A stretch of DNA of 64,000 bases from Candidatus Peribacteria bacterium (GTDB lineage Bacteria; Patescibacteriota; Gracilibacteria; Peribacterales; Peribacteraceae). Below the pieces are notes generated by a model, which was given only the letters and a program-made list of their open reading frames with translations, was not told the origin of the DNA and did not search any database. The stretch lies in contig JBEPVF010000006.1 in assembly GCA_041691135.1 (NCBI GenBank), positions 19,059 through 83,058 on the forward strand, given 5' to 3'. The translations under genes were made by a program, and so were the position numbers. Shown here in pieces: positions 10,806 to 20,026 of the stretch. The first letter of the stretch is position 1. Every line of letters starts with the position of its first letter.

Positions 10806-11828
10806 ATGGCTGTAAGGCTGAAAGATATTGCGCGTGATTTGGGAGTATCTGTCGTCACTGTGTCGAAGGTGTTGCGGGGTAATGCCGATATTGGAGAAGA
10901 GACCCGGCGGCGCGTGCTGAAGCGCATGAAAGAGCTGAACTATCAGCCCAACATGATGGCGCGGGGACTTGCCAGCGGGCGTACCTATACCGTGGGACTG
11001 GTGGTTCCGGACCTGGTGCATCCGTTCTTTGCCGAGTTTGCCAAGTCACTGAGCGGTGTTTTGCGGACGAGCAAGCGGGCGCTGATTCTGGCTTCGTCGG
11101 AGGAAGACCCGGAGATTGAGCAGCAGGAGATACGGACGCTGCTGAGCCGGGGGATTGACGTTCTGCTGATCGCGTCGTGCCAGGCTAGCCTGCGCAACTT
11201 CTATGAGCTGGGCGATGTGCGGACTCCGTACCTGCTGTTTGACCGCAACTTTGCTCATCTGGCCGCGCACTTTGTGGGCACCGACGATGTGAAAGTCGGG
11301 GAGATGGCGACCCGGCATTTGATCGAGATTGGACGGAAGCGTATCGCCCATATCGGCGGGAAGAACACCAGCCCTTCGTTTGATCGTTTACGTGGATACA
11401 GGAGCGCGATGGCGGAGCATCGGCTGATTGTGCCCGAAAGCTATGTGCTGGTGCGGGACCGGGTGGAAGAGACGGGCGATACCGCCGGGTTTCAGGCCAT
11501 GCAGGAACTTCTGCGGCTGGACCCTCGGCCGGATGCGGTTTTTTGCTACAACGATTTGACCGCCATCGGAGCGATGGAAGCGACGCTGCAGGCGGGTTTG
11601 CGGGTGCCTGAGGACATTGCGTTCATCGGCTGCGGAAACCTGCGCTATGCGGATTATCTGCGGGTTCCGCTGAGCTCGATCGACCATGGGACGACTGAGC
11701 TGGGGCGGATTGCGGGCGAGTTTGCGCTGGACCTTTCGGCGAAGCCGGAGCAGACTCCGCGGAGTGTGCTGTTGGAGTCGACGCTGGTGGTGCGGGAGTC
11801 TACGGTGAAGGGGGCGGGCCGGAGATGA
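10806..11828 (+). CDS. LacI family transcriptional regulator
   Basis: LKDIARDLGVSVVTVSKVL helix-turn-helix, YQPNMMARGL hinge, sugar-binding domain; CAGGAG RBS. Confidence 0.95.
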   Translation: MAVRLKDIARDLGVSVVTVSKVLRGNADIGEETRRRVLKRMKELNYQPNMMARGLASGRTYTVGLVVPDLVHPFFAEFAKSLSGVLRTSKRALILASSEEDPEIEQQEIRTLLSRGIDVLLIASCQASLRNFYELGDVRTPYLLFDRNFAHLAAHFVGTDDVKVGEMATRHLIEIGRKRIAHIGGKNTSPSFDRLRGYRSAMAEHRLIVPESYVLVRDRVEETGDTAGFQAMQELLRLDPRPDAVFCYNDLTAIGAMEATLQAGLRVPEDIAFIGCGNLRYADYLRVPLSSIDHGTTELGRIAGEFALDLSAKPEQTPRSVLLESTLVVRESTVKGAGRR

Positions 11829-11869
11829 TCTTCGGCCACTCTGTATCTGTGAGATAACGGCATAACGGA

Positions 11870-12406
11870 TTATTTGACGCCGTTCGCAGGGTTCCACGAG
11901 CCTTGTTCTTTGCGGACGTAGATGATCTGACCGATGTGATAAGCATTGTGCGTGCTGATATTGGCGATGGTCGGCGCCCAGGCTTCGAGCTTCTTCTCGT
12001 CGGCGGATTCGACGGCCTTCTCCCATTCGGTAAGGACCTTGTCTAATTGCTGAACGGTAGCTGCCCACTGCTTGTCGTCGAAGGCGTTGAAGGTCTCGTC
12101 GTTATTGCCGCTGAACTTCGCCAGCGGCTTGCCTTCGAACTTCTCCAGATTGCGCGTGTCCCAGAAGATGAGATGGTTTGCCAACTGTCCGACGGAGTGG
12201 TTTCCCTTACTGTCGGTCCATTTTGCCTGCTCCGCAGTCAGGCCGGCTACGGCTACGTTTGCGGGGACAAACCATTCTTCCTTGTTGTGGGTGGTTTGAA
12301 GTTGATGAAGAAGGATGCTTCTGAGGGTGGGCGCAGTCTTTGTGGGAGCCTGTGCCGATGCCTGAAACGGTAACGAGAATAGAAGAAGGAAGAGAATCGG
12401 CTTCAT
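11870..12406 (-). CDS. Secreted DinB-family protein
   Basis: Signal peptide MKPILFLLLFSLPFQASA; HLIFW and HNAYHIGQI DinB His motifs. Confidence 0.85.
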   Translation of the reverse strand: MKPILFLLLFSLPFQASAQAPTKTAPTLRSILLHQLQTTHNKEEWFVPANVAVAGLTAEQAKWTDSKGNHSVGQLANHLIFWDTRNLEKFEGKPLAKFSGNNDETFNAFDDKQWAATVQQLDKVLTEWEKAVESADEKKLEAWAPTIANISTHNAYHIGQIIYVRKEQGSWNPANGVK

Positions 12407-12588
12407 AGTGTGAGCCTTCACGGTTCTGTGGAAATCATTCTGAAAATCCTTCAAAGTTTACTAAAGAAACCGATTTTGGGTGGGGAGAAGAAAATCTAAT
12501 CATCCCGCTTGCCAGTGTAGTCTTTCCGGGGCTACTATAGTTAGCGGTAACGCGAACCGCAGATGTTTCGCGCCGAGGGAAGGTTCTT

Positions 12589-13449
12589 ATGGCAACGACA
12601 GCAATCTCAACCGACGCCCCGCTGAAGGACATTGATGAGTGGGACGAATTTTTAACCGGGCGCTATCAGGAAGGCAAGAGCGAGGACGAGTTCCGTCAAT
12701 ATGATGAACATGCGACCCCCGGTGTCGCTGAGTTCTATCGCCTGAATCATCAGCACCAGAGCTTCGATTATGTGATGGCGAAGGAGAAGGAGTATTTCGG
12801 CCTGAACAAGGGCGAGAAGAGCATCTGGGAGGCAGCGGAGTTTCTGAACACGCTGATCGACGACAGCGATCCTGATACCGACCTGACCCAGATCGAGCAC
12901 CTGCTGCAGACCTCGGAGGCGATCCGCAAGGATGGGCATCCGCGCTGGTTTGTGCTGACCGGCTTCATTCATGATCTGGGTAAGGTGCTGTGCCTGTGGG
13001 GCGAGCCGCAGTGGGGCGTGGTGGGCGATACGTTTCCGGTGGGCTGCGCTTATTCCGACCAGATCGTTTTTCCGCAATACTTCAAGGCGAATCCCGACAT
13101 CAACAACGCGCTGTATCAGACCAAGTACGGCATCTACGAGCCGAACTGCGGGCTGAGCAAGGTGCATCTGTCATTTGGACACGACGGCTATATCGGCGAA
13201 GTGATGAAGAATTACATGCCCGAAGAGTCGCTGTACATGCTGCGCTATCACTCGTTCTACTCGGCCCACCGGCATGGCGCGTATCGCCACCTGATGAGCG
13301 ACCACGATGTGAAGATGTTCGAGTGGGTCAACAAGTTCAACGTGTATGACCTCTATTCGAAGGGGCATACCAAGCCGGATTTGAAGGAGCTGAAGCCCTA
13401 CTACGACGATCTGTTTGCCGAGTTCTTCCCGGCCAAGATCGCCTGGTAA
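12589..13449 (+). CDS. miox: myo-inositol oxygenase (MIOX family, HD di-iron)
   Basis: DDSDPD, EHLLQT, HDLGK, QWGVVGDTFPVGC, GHD, YHSFY and DLYSK motifs match eukaryotic MIOX. Confidence 0.93.
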   Translation: MATTAISTDAPLKDIDEWDEFLTGRYQEGKSEDEFRQYDEHATPGVAEFYRLNHQHQSFDYVMAKEKEYFGLNKGEKSIWEAAEFLNTLIDDSDPDTDLTQIEHLLQTSEAIRKDGHPRWFVLTGFIHDLGKVLCLWGEPQWGVVGDTFPVGCAYSDQIVFPQYFKANPDINNALYQTKYGIYEPNCGLSKVHLSFGHDGYIGEVMKNYMPEESLYMLRYHSFYSAHRHGAYRHLMSDHDVKMFEWVNKFNVYDLYSKGHTKPDLKELKPYYDDLFAEFFPAKIAW

Positions 13450-13479
13450 CGGAGACTCTCCCAGGAGTTTTCACTGAGC

Positions 13480-13519
13480 AGCCCCGAGATTGCGAGAGCT
13501 TTTTCGGGGCTATTTTTTT
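13480..13519 (+). terminator. Intrinsic terminator after the inositol oxygenase gene
   Basis: AGCCCCGA...TCGGGGCT stem followed by ATTTTTTT. Confidence 0.7.
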
Positions 13520-13547
13520 GATTGTGGTGGTGGGTGGTAAGTGCTCG

Positions 13548-13680
13548 AGGCTTAACACCGATTTGCACTGATGACACCGATCTGGAACGGCAACGGCAAC
13601 TGCGAAATACAGGGGTCTCTCCACTGCGCTGCGCTCCGGTCGAGATGACGTGCGGTATTGGTGGTTCGGTCGAGACGACG
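13548..13680. repeat. 9-nt-period repeat plus CGTC-REP copy 6 (13604-13650) and one extra unit
   Basis: AGGCTTAACACCGATTTGCACTGATGACACCGATC, then GGCAACGGCAAC, the core element, and CGGTCGAGACGACG. Confidence 0.88.
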
Positions 13681-13716
13681 TGATTTTGAGATGGGGTTTT
13701 AAGAAAGGAAGAGGCG

Positions 13717-14484
13717 ATGTCGAAGCGTTTGGTTGGCGGTACGGCGGGTGTGGCGGGGCGGAACATCTTTATCTCTCCGGGCAACAGCTCGATGCGGGAG
13801 ATGAGCTATGGCAGGATTCGTCTGGGGGCAGATGAGCGCCGTGTGAGCTTTACCAACGACGGCCAGGAGACCGGGCTGGTGTGCCTGAGCGGTGCGGCGA
13901 CGGTGACGGTGGGGGAGGAGCGCTTTGAGCTGCAGACCAGGGATGCTCTCTATATCTCGAAGGGACTGCCGGTGACGGTGGAGACGGCTTCTGAGGTCGA
14001 CCTGGTGGAGTGCTCGGCGGTGGTGGAGGGGGAGTACCCGGTGCAGTTCGTTCCTTATGCCAGCGTGCAGGCGGATGAGAAGCTGCACTTTGTCGCGGGC
14101 AATGAGAGCTCGAAGCGTGAGATCAATATCATGCTGGGAACGAATGTGAAGGCGGGACGGCTGGTGGTGGGGGTGACGAGTTCGCTGCCGGGCAACTGGA
14201 CGAGCTGGCCTCCGCATGAACATGCGGCGATGCTTGAGGAGATCTACGTGTTCTTCGATATGCCGGCGCCCGCGTTCGGTCTGCAACTGGTGTATACGGA
14301 CGGGATCTCTGCCGCCGAGGTGGAGGTGGTGCGTGACGGGGATGCGGTGCTGCTGCCGGAGGGCTATCACCCCAACGTGGCGATTCCGGGGAGCGAGTTG
14401 AATTTTGTTTGGATGATGGCGGCGCATCGCGAGGTGGTGGACCGCCAGTGGGGCGTGGTGACGGTGGACGCTCGATTTGCCTGA
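13717..14484 (+). CDS. iolB: 5-deoxy-glucuronate isomerase-like protein (IolB/KduI family cupin)
   Basis: GNWTSWPPHEH...LEEIY, VRDGDAVLLPEGYHP and WMMA motifs. Confidence 0.88.
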   Translation: MSKRLVGGTAGVAGRNIFISPGNSSMREMSYGRIRLGADERRVSFTNDGQETGLVCLSGAATVTVGEERFELQTRDALYISKGLPVTVETASEVDLVECSAVVEGEYPVQFVPYASVQADEKLHFVAGNESSKREINIMLGTNVKAGRLVVGVTSSLPGNWTSWPPHEHAAMLEEIYVFFDMPAPAFGLQLVYTDGISAAEVEVVRDGDAVLLPEGYHPNVAIPGSELNFVWMMAAHREVVDRQWGVVTVDARFA

Positions 14485-14695
14485 GTTGAGATAATGACCT
14501 AGTGAACTGAATCCGGTGATTGCGCATGTTTATTGCGGGATCATGGACTGTTCACCGTAGATTCATCCAAAGACAGCATGATGGAGCTGTGTCTCTTTTG
14601 CTTCGACATGCTGGTCGTTGTAGTTTTCGCTAAAGGTCAACGATGTTAGATATAAAATATATGATTCTAAAAGAGTTATATTGCTATTTCTGTAT

Positions 14696-14759
14696 GCTTA
14701 CGTTATCGGTGCCGTTAGCGGATTTTTGGTTGACAATGGTTCTCCCCGATGCGTAATGT
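14696..14759 (+). promoter_or_regulatory. Candidate promoter and LacI-type operator upstream of the TonB-dependent receptor
   Basis: TTGACA (14730)-18 nt-TAATGT; imperfect palindrome GCTTACGTTATCGG at 14696-14709. Confidence 0.45.
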
Positions 14760-14863
14760 TCGTTGCGGTTGAACTACGGTAGCAAAGTTGTGAAGCGTAA
14801 ACGCGGATGATGCCGCTGCGCTGATATCACCAGTGAAGTTTATTTTTCGGGAAGGCAGGACAG

Positions 14864-17800
14864 ATGATGCAAAGCATGCAAAGAGTAAGACCGAATGATT
14901 CGGGCGATGGGTCGACGGGGACATGGGGATGGCTGCGGCTGGTGCTGGCAGTTCTTCTGCTGTTGCCGGCGCTGCAGTGCTATGGGCAGTTTGAGTCGGC
15001 TTCGGTGCTGGGCTATGTCAGGGACACGACGAGCGCCGCGATTCCGAACAGCAAGGTGACGCTGACCAACGTGGCGACGGGCATTCAGCAGACGGCGACG
15101 ACGGACGCCGAGGGACGCTATGAGTTTTCGAGCGTGCAGATCGGCTCGTACAAGGTCCTTGGCGAGGCGCAGGGCTTTCAGCAGACGCAGACGCAGGCCT
15201 TCACGGTGACGACCAATGCTCGCCAGCGCGTCGACCTTGCGCTGAAGGCCGGGTCGGTCGCAGAGACGGTGACGGTATCGGCGGCGCCGACGGCGCTTGA
15301 GACAGAGACCAGCTCGCGCGGCCAGGTGATTGGGGAGCGTGAGGTGGAGAATCTTCCGCTGAACGGCCGCTCCTATGCTGACCTTGTTCTGTTGGCTCCG
15401 GGCGTGCGCAAATCGACGCTTGAGAACCAGTCCGCATCGAGCCGCGAGGGCGCGTTCAACGTGAACGGCCAGCGCTCTGCGTTCAATAACTTCCTGCTCG
15501 ATGGTTTGGACAACAACAACTACGGCACGTCGAACCAGGGATTTGCGAATGAGAACATTCCGCCATCGCCTGATGCGGTGAGCGAGTTCCGGGTTGAGAC
15601 CAGCAACTACTCGGCAGAGTATGGCCGCGCTTCGGGCGCCGTCATCAACGTGTCGACCCAGCGCGGCGCGAACAAGTTTCATGGCAAGGCTTATGACTAT
15701 CTTCGCAACACGAACCTGAACGCGATTGGACCGTTTCAGCCGGCGGGTGGGATCAAGCAGACCTTCATTCGCAACCAGTTCGGCGGAACGTTCGGCGGGC
15801 CGATCAAAAAGGACCACACCTTCTTCTTCGTGGACTATGAAGGGCTGCGTCAGATCTTCCGCAACCAGGTGTCGACGGTGACGCTGCCGAACGCGGAGCA
15901 GCGCCAGGGCATCTTCCTGTTCCACTATAAAGACCCCTCGATTGCGCCGACGCCGATTACGCTGCGCAACCCGATTACCGGTACGGTGTTTACGTCAGGA
16001 AACGTCTCGGCAGAGGCGACTCCGTTTGCCAAGGCTGTGCTTGCCGCGCTGCCGGGCAACAATGCCACGTCGGTTACGGGTGGCGGCCCCGGTGCGGTTG
16101 CTTATGACACCATCGCGAACAACTACATCGCTTCTCCGCGCGGCACGATTGAGGACAACAAGGGCGATGCGAGGATCGATGAGACCTTCAACCAGAAGTG
16201 GAGCATGTTTGCGCGCTACAGCGAGCATCGCGGGACCATCTTCGACCCGCCGACGGTGCTGGGCCGCGCCGGTGGCAATGGCAACTCGAACGTTCACCTG
16301 CTGAACCGCCAGATCGCAGGCGGCGCGACCTGGATTATTTCGCCTACGAAGCTGCTGGATATTCGTTTTGCTTATACGAAGAACCAGGGCGCGAAGACTC
16401 CGTATGGGCAGGGTGACGCTTCGCTGCTGACGGAAAACGGCATCACCAATGGCGTTCCCACCGATAAGAGCATTGTGCGCGATCTGAATGCGCAGTCGGT
16501 GTCGGGCTTTACGCAGTTCGGTGCGCAGTCTTCCAGTCCGCAGTTTCAAAACCCCACGATCTACGATCCGAAGGCTAACTTCACCTGGGTTCGCGGTCGG
16601 CACTCGATGAAGTTCGGCTATGAGTACCAAGCGGTCAATACGCAGGTCAACGACTTCAACCCCAGCTATGGGCAGGACAACTACTCGGCTGGCTATGCGG
16701 CCGTCCCGGTCTGCAACGCTGCGGCCCCGGTTTCGCCTTGTGTGCCGTCGAAGCCGTCTGATCCGGCGCAGGGAAGCAGCGCTGTGGCAGCGCAGCTCTC
16801 GCAGGCGGCGAACCTTGCCGACTTTCTCTTCGGCAATCAGTCTTCGTACTCGTTGACGAACTACACCGTGGTGAACCTGCGGCAGCGGTTCAACTTTATG
16901 TATGTGCAGGACGACATCAAGGTTTCGCCGACGCTGACGGTCAATGCCGGTCTGCGGTACGAGATCGCGACTCCGCAGTGGGAGCGCGACAACAAGCTCG
17001 CGAACTTTGACCCGACAACGAATACGCTGATCCAGGCGAAGAACGGCAGCATCTATGACCGCGCGCTGGTGCATGTTCCGATGAAGAACTGGGGACCGCG
17101 CTTTGGGTTTGCCTGGAGCGGAACACCGAAGACGGTTGTGCGTGGCGGCTACGGCATCAGCTATACGCAGTACAACCGCGCGGGCGGCGAAAATAACCTG
17201 ACCTATAACGGACCGAACGTGGTCAATGCTTCGATCAACAATCCAGCTCCGACTACCACCGACCGTTGCGCTAACGACACGCAAGACCAGACGGCTTGCT
17301 TCCGCCAGATGCAGCAGGGCTATGCGGTGGGGCTGACGAGTCCTTCCAACTTCGACCCGAAGAAGGTGACGTCGCGGTATATTCCGAAGAACTTTGCGAC
17401 GGGTTATGTGCAGAGCTACTTCTTCGGCTTCCAGCGCGAGCTGCCGTGGGGAATGGTGATGGACATCTCCTATGTCGGCAACAAGGGCACCCACCTTCAG
17501 GTGCTCGCCGACTACAACCAGGCGACGCCTTGCCTCAATGCAGGAGGAGTGGGCTGCGCGACTTACCAGTCGCGCCGTCCGGTAACAACGTTTGGCGATA
17601 TCGAGATCGCTTACGGCGGTAACTCCTCCAGCTATAACTCGCTGCAGGCCAAGCTGGAGAAGCGTGTCGGTGCGCTTTATCTGCTGAACTCGTTTACGTG
17701 GGGCCGCGCGTACGATCTGGCTTCGGGACATCTTGAGACCAGCAACGGCGACAACTCTCGCGTGAACTTTACAAATCCGCGCAACGACTATGGTCCGTCG

Positions 17801-18403
17801 GGCTATGACCAGCCGATCAACAATACGCTTTCGATTGTGTATGACCTGCCGTATGGTCATGGACGCAAGTTCGGGGCGAACTCGAACTTCCTGATCAATG
17901 CGGTGCTCGGCGGATGGCAGACGACTCTCATCAATACGTCGACAAGTGGTTTGCCTTTCAATTTGAACTACAACAGCTCAGCCAACAATCCGCTGTATAC
18001 GTCAGATCTGGTGACTCTGCGTCCGCAGTTGACCATGGCGGGTGCGAAGATCAAGAACCCAACCTCGAAGCAGACCAAGACAGCCACAGCGCTGAAGGGG
18101 TATCTGGACGGAACTTATCTGGCGGTGCCATCGGTGGCATTGGGAAACACCAATGCGTATGGCAATATCTCGCGTAACAAGCTTCGTTCCTTTGCTTACT
18201 TCGATACAGACCTCGGTCTGCACAAGGCGTTCAACCTATGGAGCGACTCCTCCAAGCTGGACTTCCGCGCCGAGGCCTTCAACGTACTCAACCAGGTGGA
18301 CTACCAGGCACCGGATGGCAATATCATCGACGGAGCTTTCGGTAGCATCACCAGCGCTTATCCTGCACGACAGCTTCAGCTTGCCGCGAAGATTATCTTC
18401 TAG
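14864..18403 (+). CDS. TonB-dependent receptor (Oar-like, with N-terminal carboxypeptidase-regulatory-like domain)
   Basis: 1179 aa; LPLNGRSY, RNQFGGTFGGPI and FRAEAFNVLN motifs; terminal LQLAAKIIF. Confidence 0.95.
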   Translation: MMQSMQRVRPNDSGDGSTGTWGWLRLVLAVLLLLPALQCYGQFESASVLGYVRDTTSAAIPNSKVTLTNVATGIQQTATTDAEGRYEFSSVQIGSYKVLGEAQGFQQTQTQAFTVTTNARQRVDLALKAGSVAETVTVSAAPTALETETSSRGQVIGEREVENLPLNGRSYADLVLLAPGVRKSTLENQSASSREGAFNVNGQRSAFNNFLLDGLDNNNYGTSNQGFANENIPPSPDAVSEFRVETSNYSAEYGRASGAVINVSTQRGANKFHGKAYDYLRNTNLNAIGPFQPAGGIKQTFIRNQFGGTFGGPIKKDHTFFFVDYEGLRQIFRNQVSTVTLPNAEQRQGIFLFHYKDPSIAPTPITLRNPITGTVFTSGNVSAEATPFAKAVLAALPGNNATSVTGGGPGAVAYDTIANNYIASPRGTIEDNKGDARIDETFNQKWSMFARYSEHRGTIFDPPTVLGRAGGNGNSNVHLLNRQIAGGATWIISPTKLLDIRFAYTKNQGAKTPYGQGDASLLTENGITNGVPTDKSIVRDLNAQSVSGFTQFGAQSSSPQFQNPTIYDPKANFTWVRGRHSMKFGYEYQAVNTQVNDFNPSYGQDNYSAGYAAVPVCNAAAPVSPCVPSKPSDPAQGSSAVAAQLSQAANLADFLFGNQSSYSLTNYTVVNLRQRFNFMYVQDDIKVSPTLTVNAGLRYEIATPQWERDNKLANFDPTTNTLIQAKNGSIYDRALVHVPMKNWGPRFGFAWSGTPKTVVRGGYGISYTQYNRAGGENNLTYNGPNVVNASINNPAPTTTDRCANDTQDQTACFRQMQQGYAVGLTSPSNFDPKKVTSRYIPKNFATGYVQSYFFGFQRELPWGMVMDISYVGNKGTHLQVLADYNQATPCLNAGGVGCATYQSRRPVTTFGDIEIAYGGNSSSYNSLQAKLEKRVGALYLLNSFTWGRAYDLASGHLETSNGDNSRVNFTNPRNDYGPSGYDQPINNTLSIVYDLPYGHGRKFGANSNFLINAVLGGWQTTLINTSTSGLPFNLNYNSSANNPLYTSDLVTLRPQLTMAGAKIKNPTSKQTKTATALKGYLDGTYLAVPSVALGNTNAYGNISRNKLRSFAYFDTDLGLHKAFNLWSDSSKLDFRAEAFNVLNQVDYQAPDGNIIDGAFGSITSAYPARQLQLAAKIIF

Positions 18404-18430
18404 CTGCGAGTTATAAATCACTGGAAATAT

Positions 18431-18461
18431 CTGCGGCACCGTCTTCAGGGCGGTGCCGCAG
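18431..18461. terminator. Strong hairpin between the TBDR and PI-PLC genes (terminator or mRNA stabiliser)
   Basis: CTGCGGCACCG / CGGTGCCGCAG inverted repeat; no plus-strand U tract. Confidence 0.55.
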
Positions 18462-18498
18462 TTCATTGCAAAAAAAATCAGATTGAGTAGAGGCAGAT

Positions 18499-19656
18499 AT
18501 GACTGTGTATCAAGCAGCTCGCACTTGTTTTGCCATCGCTGCATTTGCCATTGGTGGATTAGCGTTGGCGCAGCAGCCGACTGCTGCTGAACAGGATCAG
18601 CGGGTTCATGTCAATCAGATACAAGTGATTGGTTCGCACAATAGCTACCATGAGGGGTTTCCGCCAAGCGCGAGGAAGCTGATGGAGAGGATGAGCCCGG
18701 AGGGATTGCATGGGCTCGATTATCATCACGCTCCGCTGGCCGATCAGTTGTCGGGAGGCGTGCGGCAGATAGAGATTGACGTCTACGCCGACAGCAAGGG
18801 CGGCAGGTATGCGCATCCTGCGATTCTGGGTATGGTGGCGAAGGCTGGATTGCCCGCCGATCCGGAGTTCGATCCCGAGCATGTGATGGGCAAGCCGGGA
18901 TTCAAGGTGCTGCATATGCAAGATATCGATGTGCGCAGCACCTGCATGACGCTTATCGCCTGTCTCACCGATGTTCGCGATTGGTCGAAGCAGCATCCTC
19001 AACATCTGCCGATTTTTATTTTGATTGAGACGAAGGAAGGTAAAGATCGTAATCTTCCGAATGCAGTGGTGCCGGAACCATTTACTGCTCCTGTATTCGA
19101 TGCGCTGGATAAGGAGATTCGATCGATCTTCAAGACAGACGAGATGATTACGCCGGATGATGTGCGTGGCGATTCGGCGACGTTGGTGGAGGCTGTCCAT
19201 GCCGGAAGATGGCCCACGCTGGCGCAGGCTCGCGGCAAGGTTATTTTTCTGCTGGACCAGAGGCACGTCGAGCCGATTTATACGAAGGGACATCCCTCGC
19301 TGCGTGGGAGAGTGTTGTTTACCAATGCGCAACCGGGCGCTCCTGATGCGGCGTTCACGGAAGAGAACGATGGATCGCGTGAAGAGATTGATGCGCTGGT
19401 GAAGCAGGGCTATCTGGTGCGGACGCGGACTGATGAAAGTACGGATCAGGCGCGCACGAACGATACGACGCGGCGCGACCTTGCGCTTTCGAGCGGTGCG
19501 CAGATGATTAGTACCGATTACCCGCCTTCAGAGCCTTCGCAGTGGACGAAGTATGTTGTTGAATTTCCGGATGGGCTGGTGGCTCGATGCAATCCGGTGA
19601 CGAAGCCGGTTGGATGTGTGGATAAGCTTTTGGCTCCTTCTGTCAGTGCTCACTGA
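18499..19656 (+). CDS. Secreted phosphoinositide phospholipase C-like protein (PI-PLC-C1 type)
   Basis: Signal peptide; GSHNSYH, GVRQIEIDV, WPTLAQARGK, LVRTRTD and GAQMISTDYP motifs. Confidence 0.85.
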   Translation: MTVYQAARTCFAIAAFAIGGLALAQQPTAAEQDQRVHVNQIQVIGSHNSYHEGFPPSARKLMERMSPEGLHGLDYHHAPLADQLSGGVRQIEIDVYADSKGGRYAHPAILGMVAKAGLPADPEFDPEHVMGKPGFKVLHMQDIDVRSTCMTLIACLTDVRDWSKQHPQHLPIFILIETKEGKDRNLPNAVVPEPFTAPVFDALDKEIRSIFKTDEMITPDDVRGDSATLVEAVHAGRWPTLAQARGKVIFLLDQRHVEPIYTKGHPSLRGRVLFTNAQPGAPDAAFTEENDGSREEIDALVKQGYLVRTRTDESTDQARTNDTTRRDLALSSGAQMISTDYPPSEPSQWTKYVVEFPDGLVARCNPVTKPVGCVDKLLAPSVSAH

Positions 19657-19733
19657 CGGGAGGGGTGGCGTTTAATGGCGGTTATTTTGCAGTTGCCGGG
19701 CTCGAAAAGACAGGCAAAGGCAAGAACAGCGAC

Positions 19734-19974
19734 GAAATACAGGGGTCTCTCCACTGCGGCGGCAAAAGCGCCGCCTTCGGTCGAGATGACGTCTTTTGGG
19801 CTGGGTTGAGCTTGCTTCGGTCGAGATGACGTGCTTTCGGGTTGGGTTGAGCGTTTAGAGCCCTTGCTATGGCAGGTGCCGGGATAAAGCGAACAGGCAA
19901 AGGCAAGAACAACGACGAAATACAGGGGTCTCTCCACTGCGGCGGCAAAAGCGCCGCGTTCGGTCGAGATGACG
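19734..19974. repeat. CGTC-REP copies 7 (19734-19791) and 8 (19917-19974), duplicated with their flanks
   Basis: Both are preceded by ACAGGCAAAGGCAAGAACARCGAC; spacing 183 bp. Confidence 0.9.
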
Positions 19975-20026
19975 TCTGTATGGAGATTCGATTTAGAGCT
20001 TCTTAGGATGTTTAATTAGTATCCGG

